From an uncultured Gammaproteobacteria bacterium (GTDB lineage: Bacteria > Patescibacteriota > Patescibacteriia > Patescibacteriales > UBA12075): 55,866 nt of DNA. The notes beneath the pieces are model-generated. The model saw only the letters and a list, made by a program, of their open reading frames with translations, searched no databases and was not told where the DNA came from. The position numbers and the translations under genes are program-made. Positions 20,075-27,770 of the stretch are shown here, one piece after another. Within the stretch, counting starts at the first letter, position 1. The number at the start of each line of letters is the position of its first letter. Location: NCBI GenBank assembly GCA_964459725.1, contig CAYWNT010000008.1, positions 3,694 through 59,559 on the forward strand, given 5' to 3'.

Positions 20075-20105
20075 ACACATAACAGTTGGCACATAACACA
20101 TAACA
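20075..20105 (+). repeat. ACATAAC heptamer array upstream of the four-helix-bundle gene
   Basis: ACACATAACA gttgg CACATAACACATAACA; reverse complement of the array at 20472. Confidence 0.75.
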
Positions 20106-20113
20106 TTTTTAAT

Positions 20114-20458
20114 ATGAATTATCATGATAATTTAAAAATAAAAATGCATAACTATGTGAAATTTGTGTATGAGGTTACAAAAAGTTATCCCAAGGATGAG
20201 ATATATGGAGTAACTTCTCAGCTTAGAAGATCTGCGATGTCAGTAATTCTTAATTATATAGAAGGATTTGCGAGAAATAAAGGAAAAGATAGTAAGGTTT
20301 ATAAAAATTTTTTAGAAATTTCATATGGCTCATTAAAGGAGTCAAAATATTTATTATATTTTTCATTAGATCAAAAATATATTACAGAAAAAGAATATAT
20401 TTATGGAAACGAATTGTCCGAAGAAATTGGAAAAATGCTTTGGAGTTTAATTAAATAA
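20114..20458 (+). CDS. Four-helix-bundle protein (23S rRNA intervening-sequence protein family)
   Basis: YPKDEIYGVTSQLRRSAMSV.LNY.EG and FL.ISYGSL.E signatures. Confidence 0.92.
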   Translation: MNYHDNLKIKMHNYVKFVYEVTKSYPKDEIYGVTSQLRRSAMSVILNYIEGFARNKGKDSKVYKNFLEISYGSLKESKYLLYFSLDQKYITEKEYIYGNELSEEIGKMLWSLIK

Positions 20459-20471
20459 ACGTGATTCATTT

Positions 20472-20506
20472 TGTTATGTGTTACGTGTTATATGTTACGA
20501 GTTATG
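20472..20506 (+). repeat. TGTTAYR heptamer array x5, the last unit supplying the pheT ATG
   Basis: TGTTATG TGTTACG TGTTATA TGTTACG AGTTATG. Confidence 0.85.
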
Positions 20507-22933
20507 AATTTATCACTAAATTGGTTAAAAGAATACGTTGATTTACCAAAATCATACACTCCCGAGAAGATCGGAGATGCTTTGACTATGCACACTGTTG
20601 AAGTGGAGGAAACAATAGAGCAGGCGAAAAAGTTTGATAGAGTGGTGGTGGGTAAAATTTTGGAAATAAGCAAACATCCAAATGCGGATAGATTGCAAAT
20701 CGCCAAGGTGGATATCAAGAGCGAGGAACTAAACATAGTTTGCGGAGCTCCAAATATTGAGGTGGGGCAATTAGCTCCGGTCGCTATGGTTGGCGCGGTT
20801 TTAGCAGGTGGGTTTGAGATCAAAGAAGCAAGCGTTAGAGGTGTAGAGTCAAGGGGAATGCTATGCGCTGAAGATGAGCTTGGACTTGGAGAGGATCATT
20901 CTGGAATTATGATTTTGGAAAAAGGTGCTAAATTAGGCCAGAACTTTTCAGATTATTTAGGTCTGGATGATATTGTATTTGAAGTGGATAATAAGTCACT
21001 CTCTAACAGGCCAGATCTTTGGGGGCATATCGGTATAGCTAGAGAATTGTCTGCCATATTTAATATTTCTTTTAAAAATTTAGACCTGAAATCTTCAAAG
21101 CTTGAGACTGATAATTCCCAGAAACTATCTATAAAAATAGAAGATTATGATTTATGTCCTAGATATATGGGTGCGGTCATTGAAGGTATAAAAATTGAAC
21201 CATCTCCGAAATGGCTTCAAGACAGACTCATTGCAGTTGGGGTAAGACCAATTAACAATATAGTTGATATAACAAACTACGTAATGTTAGAAACAGGTCA
21301 GCCTATGCACGCTTTTGACACTGAGAAAATATCAGAAGACGGGAAAGATGCCAAAATCATAGTTCGTAAGGCAGAAAAAGAAGAAGTGGTAAAAACACTA
21401 GACGGAGAAGAGCGAAAATTAAACGAAGAAACGTTGGTAATTGCTGATAATAAAAAAGCTATAGCCGTAGCAGGTGTCATGGGAGGAGGGAATAGCGAAG
21501 TGCACGATGACACTACTTCGATAGTTCTGGAATCTGCGAATTTTGATTATGTTTCTATCAGAAAAACGTCTACTAAGTTGGGACTCAGAACAGAAGCTTC
21601 TATGAGATATGAAAAAGGATTAGATCCGAACTTGTGCGAGGTTGGATTTGCTAGAGCAGCTGAATTAATAAAAAAGGTTTGCCCAGAAGCAAGGATTGTT
21701 AGTGAAATAAAAGATGAAAATAAATACACATTAAACACCGGTCCTGTAACTATCAACTATGAATGGGCCAAGGGAATTATCGGTGAGGAGATAGCGGAAA
21801 AAGAAATGGTTAAAATTCTTGAGAGTTTGGGCTTCGGTGTTGAGAGCGGGGAAGAAGAAATGAAAATAACAATTCCAACATGGCGAGCAACGCGCGATAT
21901 TGCATTGAAGGAGGACATAGTTGAGGAAATTATAAGAATATACGGCTTCAACAAGATTCCTTCCAAGATGCCAGAGGCCCCACTTGGTGTGCCTTTTAGT
22001 GATAAAAGCAGGGTAATCATTAGAAAAATAAAGAATATTTTATCTACTTCTTGTGCCCTAACAGAGACTTATAACTACTCTTTTATTGGTGAGGAGTATT
22101 TGGAAAAACTGGGAATGGATTATTCATCCTATGTTAGATTGGTAAATCCAATCGCTAATAACTTAAATCTACTAAGACAGAATCTTGCGCCAGGTCTCAT
22201 TGCTAATATCAAAACCAATCAGGCCAGGTATGATGACATAACACTTTTTGAAATCGGAAATGTCTATCATAATATTGATGGTGAAATTGTAAAAGGCGAT
22301 GATAGTAGTCAAAAGCTTCCTTATCAAGAAAAAAGATTGGGGATTATTATTGCTGGAAAAGGGAAGAATGATACTTTCGAGCTAGCTAAAGGAGTGTGGG
22401 AAAACTTGCTAACTAGTTTTAATTTGGAATCAACATATAGCCTAACTGATGTTTTACCGCCCTGGGCAGACAAGAATATATCAGCACAAATTAGCATTTC
22501 CGGAATTGATGTTGGATTTATCGGAGCGTTATCTTCAGGCGCTGCTAAAAAAACAGGAACAAAAAAACAAGCTACAATTATAGAGGTCAGTTTGCCGGAG
22601 CTAATCAGAGTTATTCAGGAAAAAAGTTCAATCATGCACGAACAAGAAGACAAATACCCACCGCTTATTAGAGATTTGGCTTTTGTGGTGAATGAGCGCG
22701 TTTTGTACAATGACATCAAAAATGAAATCAATGAGTTTAATGAATATATAAAAAATGTTGAGCTTTTTGATATTTATCGCGGAGAAAATATTGGAAAAGA
22801 GAACAAGAGCTTAGCTTTTCGAGTTTTCTATCAGGCCGATCGCACTCTTACATCAAAAGAAGTAGATGTGTGGCAAAAAGAGTTAATCAAAAAACTAGAA
22901 GAAAAATTCGAAGCAAAAATAAGAGACTTCTAA
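20504..22933 (+). CDS. pheT: Phenylalanine--tRNA ligase beta subunit (start corrected to ATG 20504)
   Basis: MNLSLNWLKEY, HPNADRL, NRPDL, GQPMHAFD, C-terminal RDLAFVV...KSLAFR. The extra 11 aa in the ORF track are translated repeat. Confidence 0.97.
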   Translation: MNLSLNWLKEYVDLPKSYTPEKIGDALTMHTVEVEETIEQAKKFDRVVVGKILEISKHPNADRLQIAKVDIKSEELNIVCGAPNIEVGQLAPVAMVGAVLAGGFEIKEASVRGVESRGMLCAEDELGLGEDHSGIMILEKGAKLGQNFSDYLGLDDIVFEVDNKSLSNRPDLWGHIGIARELSAIFNISFKNLDLKSSKLETDNSQKLSIKIEDYDLCPRYMGAVIEGIKIEPSPKWLQDRLIAVGVRPINNIVDITNYVMLETGQPMHAFDTEKISEDGKDAKIIVRKAEKEEVVKTLDGEERKLNEETLVIADNKKAIAVAGVMGGGNSEVHDDTTSIVLESANFDYVSIRKTSTKLGLRTEASMRYEKGLDPNLCEVGFARAAELIKKVCPEARIVSEIKDENKYTLNTGPVTINYEWAKGIIGEEIAEKEMVKILESLGFGVESGEEEMKITIPTWRATRDIALKEDIVEEIIRIYGFNKIPSKMPEAPLGVPFSDKSRVIIRKIKNILSTSCALTETYNYSFIGEEYLEKLGMDYSSYVRLVNPIANNLNLLRQNLAPGLIANIKTNQARYDDITLFEIGNVYHNIDGEIVKGDDSSQKLPYQEKRLGIIIAGKGKNDTFELAKGVWENLLTSFNLESTYSLTDVLPPWADKNISAQISISGIDVGFIGALSSGAAKKTGTKKQATIIEVSLPELIRVIQEKSSIMHEQEDKYPPLIRDLAFVVNERVLYNDIKNEINEFNEYIKNVELFDIYRGENIGKENKSLAFRVFYQADRTLTSKEVDVWQKELIKKLEEKFEAKIRDF

Positions 22934-22970
22934 AGATTAAAAAATTCAAAGATTAAAATATTTAAAGATT
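22931..22970 (+). repeat. Octamer array x5 running from the pheT stop to the next ATG
   Basis: TAAAGATT AAAAAATT CAAAGATT AAAATATT TAAAGATT|ATG. Confidence 0.7.
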
Positions 22971-23258
22971 ATGTTTGAAAATTCACAAGACATTTTGAAC
23001 CTGGCCAAGACTATTGGTGTTGTTGGCATATCAGTTGTTTTGGTAATGCTGGTTTATTATTTAGCCATGATGACTCGTCAGGTTTTTCTAATTATCAAGG
23101 AAATGCGCAACAGAACTCATAAGCTAGATGAGCTTTTGAAGATTGCCAAGGAAAAACTTGAACACTCAACATCATACCTGCTTCTAATTGGAGAGGGGGT
23201 AAAAAAGCTAGTGGAAGTAGCCAAGAGTTATACTGAGAAGAAAAAGGAAAAGAAATAG
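22971..23258 (+). CDS. Small membrane-anchored coiled-coil hypothetical protein
   Basis: One TM plus an amphipathic helix. Confidence 0.75.
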   Translation: MFENSQDILNLAKTIGVVGISVVLVMLVYYLAMMTRQVFLIIKEMRNRTHKLDELLKIAKEKLEHSTSYLLLIGEGVKKLVEVAKSYTEKKKEKK

Positions 23259-23345
23259 AAAGATTGACTTTTTGTTAGTATTTTGCTAATATGAGTTTTA
23301 ATAAATATTTTTATAGCTCTTCAAAACAAACAAAGGAGAAATAAG

Positions 23346-23564
23346 ATGATATTAGAAGAATGTCCCTCTTGCGAAGGAAGTGGTAGGGATAAAAACAATG
23401 AAGAACAAGCATGCCCAACTTGTAAAGGAAATGGCAGTCTCCCGTCTGATGATTATAAGGTGTATTTAGAAGTGGAAGGCCCTCCACCTCGCGCAATTTC
23501 ATGGGGATTAGTAATGTTCGTAATATCATTCGGTTCAATGATTGCGATGTTATTATCGTTGTAG
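23346..23564 (+). CDS. Small DnaJ-type CxxCxGxG zinc-finger protein with C-terminal TM
   Basis: CPSCEGSG...CPTCKGNG; AAAGGAG SD. Confidence 0.75.
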   Translation: MILEECPSCEGSGRDKNNEEQACPTCKGNGSLPSDDYKVYLEVEGPPPRAISWGLVMFVISFGSMIAMLLSL

Positions 23565-23638
23565 TTTTTTTCTTCTATTTTATCTTTTTTGTTTACTGAA
23601 AGAGGAGAGGGTATTATTTTTGTCATAGGAGTAGCTAG

Positions 23639-23860
23639 ATGAAAAAACCATTAAACTGTTGTTGGTGTGGTGGAAGCGGATGGCTTTATAACGATCTTAA
23701 AATTAAGACAAAAAAGGAATGTAATCATTGTAATGGCACAGGAGAAAGAAAGATACCCGAAATTGTTCTTCCAAAAAGTGATTCATTTTTAAGGCATCCT
23801 TTCTTATGGATGATGGCAGGTTTTGGGATTTTATTGTTGATAGCAGTGTTATGTGATTAA
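23639..23860 (+). CDS. Small DnaJ-type CxxCxGxG zinc-finger protein with C-terminal TM
   Basis: CCWCGGSG...CNHCNGTG; AGGAG SD. Confidence 0.75.
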   Translation: MKKPLNCCWCGGSGWLYNDLKIKTKKECNHCNGTGERKIPEIVLPKSDSFLRHPFLWMMAGFGILLLIAVLCD

Positions 23861-23882
23861 ATTTCTTAATTCTGGGAAAAAT

Positions 23883-23913
23883 AAAAAAAGTATCGTCAAA
23901 GCGATACTTTTTT
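23883..23913. terminator. Bidirectional intrinsic terminator
   Basis: AAAAAAAGTATCG / CGATACTTTTTT between convergent genes. Confidence 0.8.
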
Positions 23914-23938
23914 AATTTTATATGGAGTTTATTATATT

Positions 23939-26203
23939 TTATTTTTTATATTTACATTCCTTATTAGAGCATTTTGATCCTTCTTTTAGACCAACCATCA
24001 ATGACTCGCATTCCGGGCATTTTTCTCCTGTTGGTTTACTCCAGTAAGCGTTTTTACAATCTGGGTAATTATCACAAGCATAGAATGCTCCACGTTTACT
24101 TCTCTTCTGAACTATTTCACCTTTGCCGCATTTAGGGCATTTAATTCCAGTGCTATTTTTATTTTCTTCAAGTCCTTTGATGTTTTTGCATTTAGGATAG
24201 CCAGAGCAGGCCAAGAATGGTCCAAATCTGCCGTTTTTTATAATCATTTCGCTGTTACATTTATCACATACTTCGCCCTTGTATTTTTCTTGTAGGGCCT
24301 TGAGTTGATCATCTCCTTCTTTGTCCAGAGTTCCGTCAGTTTTTAAATTTTTAACATTTTTGCATTCAGGGTAATTGGAGCATGACATGAATTTCCCGAA
24401 ACGTCCTGTTTTAATAATCATTGGAGATTCGCATTTGTCACAAACCTCGTCTGTTTTTTCTTCTGGCATAATATCTTTTTTATTTACTTCTTTATATTTT
24501 ACTTCTAGGTTGGAGTGGAAAGGCTTATAGAAATTATCTATTGTTTCGTGCCATTTATGTTTTCCCTCGGCTATTTCATCTAGGTTTGTTTCCATTTGAG
24601 CTGTAAACTCATAATCAACGATATTCTTGAAATGATTGGTAAGGAGGTCGATAACTGTGAATGCAATCTCTGTTGGCTTTAATCTTTTGTTTTCTTCTCT
24701 TTGTACGTAATTCCTAGCCTCAATTGTTGAAATAGTTGGAGCGTAAGTTGATGGTCTACCAATTCCATATTGCTCCAGAGCTTTCACTAGAGTCGCGTCA
24801 GAATATCTAGCAGGCGGCTGAGTGAAGTGTTGTTCTGGATTTAGTTTTTCTAGGTCGAGCTCATCTCCGGCAGTAACCGTAGGCAGGATTGTTTCCTTGC
24901 TTTTTTCTGCATAAACCTTTAGATATCCAGGGAATTTTATTATCTGACCGGTTGTTCTAAATTGATATGGAGCCTGTCCTGAGCCTGTCGAATGGGTACT
25001 AGAGGCGTCTATGTCAATTGAAGTATTGTCCATGACAGCATCAGGCATTTGAGTTGCTATACTCCTTTCCCAGATTAACTTGTATAGCTTATACTGATCG
25101 GGTTTTAGCTTGTCTTTGAGTGAGTCAGGAGTTCTCTCGGCTTCAGTTGGGCGAATTGCTTCGTGTGCCTCTTGGGCGCCTTTACTTTTTGTTTTAAAAA
25201 CTCTTGGCTTGTCTAGGCTGTACTCCTTGCCAATTTCTTTGTCTAAATAGTTCTTTGCATCTTTAATAAATTTGGAAGACAGGTTCATAGAGTCGGTTCT
25301 CATGTAGGTAATCAAACCTCCACTGTCACCGCCCAGATCTAGACCTTCATATAATTGCTGAGCTACCATCATTGTTCGCTTAGCTGAAAATCCTAGCATT
25401 CTGTTGGCTGTAATTTGCAGCGTAGAAGTAGTAAATGGAGTAGGAGCTTTTTTCTTGCTTTCTTTTTTGGTTATATCAGAAACTTGGTACTTAACACCAT
25501 CTAGTTCTTTTAAAATCTTATCCATTTCCTCCTTGCTCTTAATCCCAAGCTTTGGAACACTCTTCCCATCTATTTTATTCAACTTTCCAATTAAATTTGC
25601 CTTTTTATCTTTTGTGTTTAGATTAGCCTCCAGGCTCCAATATTCTTCTGGCTTAAAGGCTTGTATTTCTCTTTCTCTTTCAATAATTAATCGAACGGCA
25701 ACACTCTGCACTCTACCTGCGGATAAACCATAAGTTATTTTTTTCCAAAGAAAAGGAGAAAGTTCAAAACCAACCAGTCTGTCTAGTACACGACGAGCTT
25801 GCTGAGCATCAACCAGGTCCATGTCAATTTTCTTTGGGTCTTCAAGGGCCTTAAGTATTGCACCCTTGGTAATTTCATGAAATACAATTCTTTGTGTTTT
25901 GCTAGCGTCTAATTTGAGCGCCTCGGCCAGATGCCAGGCGATAGCCTCTCCTTCACGATCTTCATCGGGCGCCAGGATTATTTCATCTGCCTTTTTGGCC
26001 AAGTCCCTTAACTTAGTAACTTGTTTTTTGGCTTTAGCTGGGATTACATATTTAGGTTTATAGTCATTCTCTAGATCTATTCCCATTTGTTTTTTTTCTA
26101 AATCACGGATATGACCAAAAGAAGACTCCACCTTGAAATCTTTACCTAAGAATTTTTTAATTGTTCTTGCCTTAGTAGGCGACTCAACGATAACTAATTT
26201 CAT
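23939..26203 (-). CDS. topA: DNA topoisomerase I
   Basis: LVIVESPTKA, DEDREGEAI, SAGRVQS, LITYMRTDS, C-terminal zinc ribbons. Confidence 0.98.
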   Translation of the reverse strand: MKLVIVESPTKARTIKKFLGKDFKVESSFGHIRDLEKKQMGIDLENDYKPKYVIPAKAKKQVTKLRDLAKKADEIILAPDEDREGEAIAWHLAEALKLDASKTQRIVFHEITKGAILKALEDPKKIDMDLVDAQQARRVLDRLVGFELSPFLWKKITYGLSAGRVQSVAVRLIIEREREIQAFKPEEYWSLEANLNTKDKKANLIGKLNKIDGKSVPKLGIKSKEEMDKILKELDGVKYQVSDITKKESKKKAPTPFTTSTLQITANRMLGFSAKRTMMVAQQLYEGLDLGGDSGGLITYMRTDSMNLSSKFIKDAKNYLDKEIGKEYSLDKPRVFKTKSKGAQEAHEAIRPTEAERTPDSLKDKLKPDQYKLYKLIWERSIATQMPDAVMDNTSIDIDASSTHSTGSGQAPYQFRTTGQIIKFPGYLKVYAEKSKETILPTVTAGDELDLEKLNPEQHFTQPPARYSDATLVKALEQYGIGRPSTYAPTISTIEARNYVQREENKRLKPTEIAFTVIDLLTNHFKNIVDYEFTAQMETNLDEIAEGKHKWHETIDNFYKPFHSNLEVKYKEVNKKDIMPEEKTDEVCDKCESPMIIKTGRFGKFMSCSNYPECKNVKNLKTDGTLDKEGDDQLKALQEKYKGEVCDKCNSEMIIKNGRFGPFLACSGYPKCKNIKGLEENKNSTGIKCPKCGKGEIVQKRSKRGAFYACDNYPDCKNAYWSKPTGEKCPECESLMVGLKEGSKCSNKECKYKK
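24973..24996 (-). repeat. 24-nt in-frame element CCCATTCGACAGGCTCAGGACAGG in topA
   Basis: Gives the insert in DASSTHSTGSGQAPYQF; removal restores DASSTPYQF. Confidence 0.8.
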
Positions 26204-26325
26204 TTATAATATTAAAGTTTAATTTTTATCATAATAATAATTCTACTATTTTTAGAGAAAATGTCAAGGAATAGTCGGATTTGTTAATTTTTTATTTAAT
26301 ATGAGTAAAAAAATAATTTATACTA

Positions 26326-26354
26326 TTGACATTATTTTTATAATGTGTTATTAT
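26326..26354 (+). promoter_or_regulatory. Sigma70 promoter of the accessory islet
   Basis: TTGACA-17-TATTAT with extended -10 TG. Confidence 0.7.
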
Positions 26355-26424
26355 GGACTATAATCTAAATAAGGTTTTGTTGTTTAAAAATACAAGTAAA
26401 TACTTGTTATAAAAGGAGGATGAC

Positions 26425-27051
26425 ATGAAAAGGTGGTTAGTTATTTCTTTGAGCTTATTAAGCGTTTTGGGTTTTTCCGGTGGATTTGCCCTTGCTGATT
26501 CACAGGAAATTACTCAAGAACAAATGATTGAATTTGAACGACAGGTTAAAAGCGGAGAAATAAACCGTGATAATTTTCAGGATTTTTTAGGAAATAAAGA
26601 AGATTCTTTTAGTTTTAAAATCGAAGGAAGATTCCCGGTAGTTATTGATTACAGTCTTTCCCTTGAAGAGATGATTGATAAGGGAGAATATGATCGGAAA
26701 GATTCCAGAATTAACTCAGAAAATTTTTCAATTTCCAAAAAGGGGAAGAATGAAGTCGAGCTACTGCTTATTCGTTTCAATAGAACAGTTTGTTCTATTA
26801 TTGTTTTAAATGAGATGGAAAAAATGGGTCTCCGTCCAGCGCGAATAGAAGAACTTTTGATTTTTGGATCTGGGCACCCTATGGTACAAACAAGATCTTC
26901 AGTGTTGGCTCTGGGTACGTCATCGGTTCGTGCTACTGGATACCATGAGGCTCTTTCTCTCACTGACGGTGATTCTGGTCGTGGACTGGGTTTTTATATG
27001 TTGAATAAGGAATTTAACACTTACTGTCGTTTTCTTGTTGTTCGCAAGTAA
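26425..27051 (+). CDS. Exported hypothetical protein of a CPR family ending RFLVVRK (DGR-target-like)
   Basis: AAGGAGG SD, signal peptide, DYSLSLEEMI..G.YD, GLRPA.IEELL.FG..HP. Confidence 0.7.
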   Translation: MKRWLVISLSLLSVLGFSGGFALADSQEITQEQMIEFERQVKSGEINRDNFQDFLGNKEDSFSFKIEGRFPVVIDYSLSLEEMIDKGEYDRKDSRINSENFSISKKGKNEVELLLIRFNRTVCSIIVLNEMEKMGLRPARIEELLIFGSGHPMVQTRSSVLALGTSSVRATGYHEALSLTDGDSGRGLGFYMLNKEFNTYCRFLVVRK

Positions 27052-27131
27052 TCTTTAGTTTTTTAGACTTACTTTTTTATTTTAAGGCTACAAGCACAAA
27101 CTTGTTTATAGAAACATTCAAGGAGGGTGGC

Positions 27132-27664
27132 ATGAAAAAGATTTTTTGTTTGGTGTTGGTAATATTGCAGACATGCTTGTCGGGCGTATCAAAAGGAAAA
27201 CTGCTTCACCGGTTGGTAGCTTTTTAATGACAGTAAAACTTGGCACTTATCCGAGTGCCAGATTACTTCGCGAAGCAATTTTATTAAAGGACAAAAAGAT
27301 TGATAGAAATGCAGATGATGTTCTTGAAAGCATTAAGATTAGCGAGAAAGAAGTCAAGTTGGATCTTTGGGAGATGTCTGCCACTGAGCTTGGATTCAAA
27401 GGGCCTGTGAGCCAGGAAGAAATCTACAATCGTGCTTTTGAGTGTGGCTTTGTAGAGTGTCCTGTGGAGGCTGGTTTTTTGGCATGTGTTGACTCTGGAG
27501 ATTCAAAATGCAGATTTATCGGGTCTGCGCCGATTTCAACTGGTGAATTTAGCGTACTTTATTTAGGTAATAAATTAGCCGGCTCTATTGGAATTGCGAA
27601 TCCAATAGATGGTCAGTGGATTGCTGATACAGTATGGGTGTTTGCCCGTATTCAGAGTTTGTAA
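27132..27664 (+). pseudogene. Frameshifted exported protein (signal peptide in one frame, body in the -1 frame)
   Basis: AGGAGG SD plus ATG 27132 gives MKKIFCLVLVILQTCLSGVSKGK...stop. The body (KLGTY, ELGF, CPVEAG, WVFAR) is in the frame of ORF 27146-27664. Confidence 0.6.
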
Positions 27665-27685
27665 AAACTATTTTTCATCAAACAT

Positions 27686-27721
27686 AAAACCTCACGTGTA
27701 ATTCTAGCGCGAGGTTTTTTT
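27686..27721. terminator. Intrinsic terminator
   Basis: AAAACCTCACG / CGCGAGGTTTTTTT. Confidence 0.75.
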
Positions 27722-27738
27722 ATTTTATATAAATTATG

Positions 27739-27757
27739 CTTGCCCGCCCCTGGAGGG
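27739..27757 (-). repeat. 19-nt intergenic copy of the CCCnCC...GGGCARG element
   Basis: Minus strand CCCTCCAGGGGCGGGCAAG; compare CCCTCCAGGAAGGCGGGCAGG at 55458. Confidence 0.75.
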
Positions 27758-27770
27758 CATTGTGAAGTTA

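Noticed and set aside
20114-20458. DGR avd gene marking a complete DGR
   Set aside because: No reverse transcriptase or AAC-rich template repeat nearby; the motifs fit the intervening-sequence-protein subfamily.
20471-20503. N-terminal extension MLCVTCYMLRV of PheT
   Set aside because: It is translated heptamer repeat; the conserved PheT start is at 20504.
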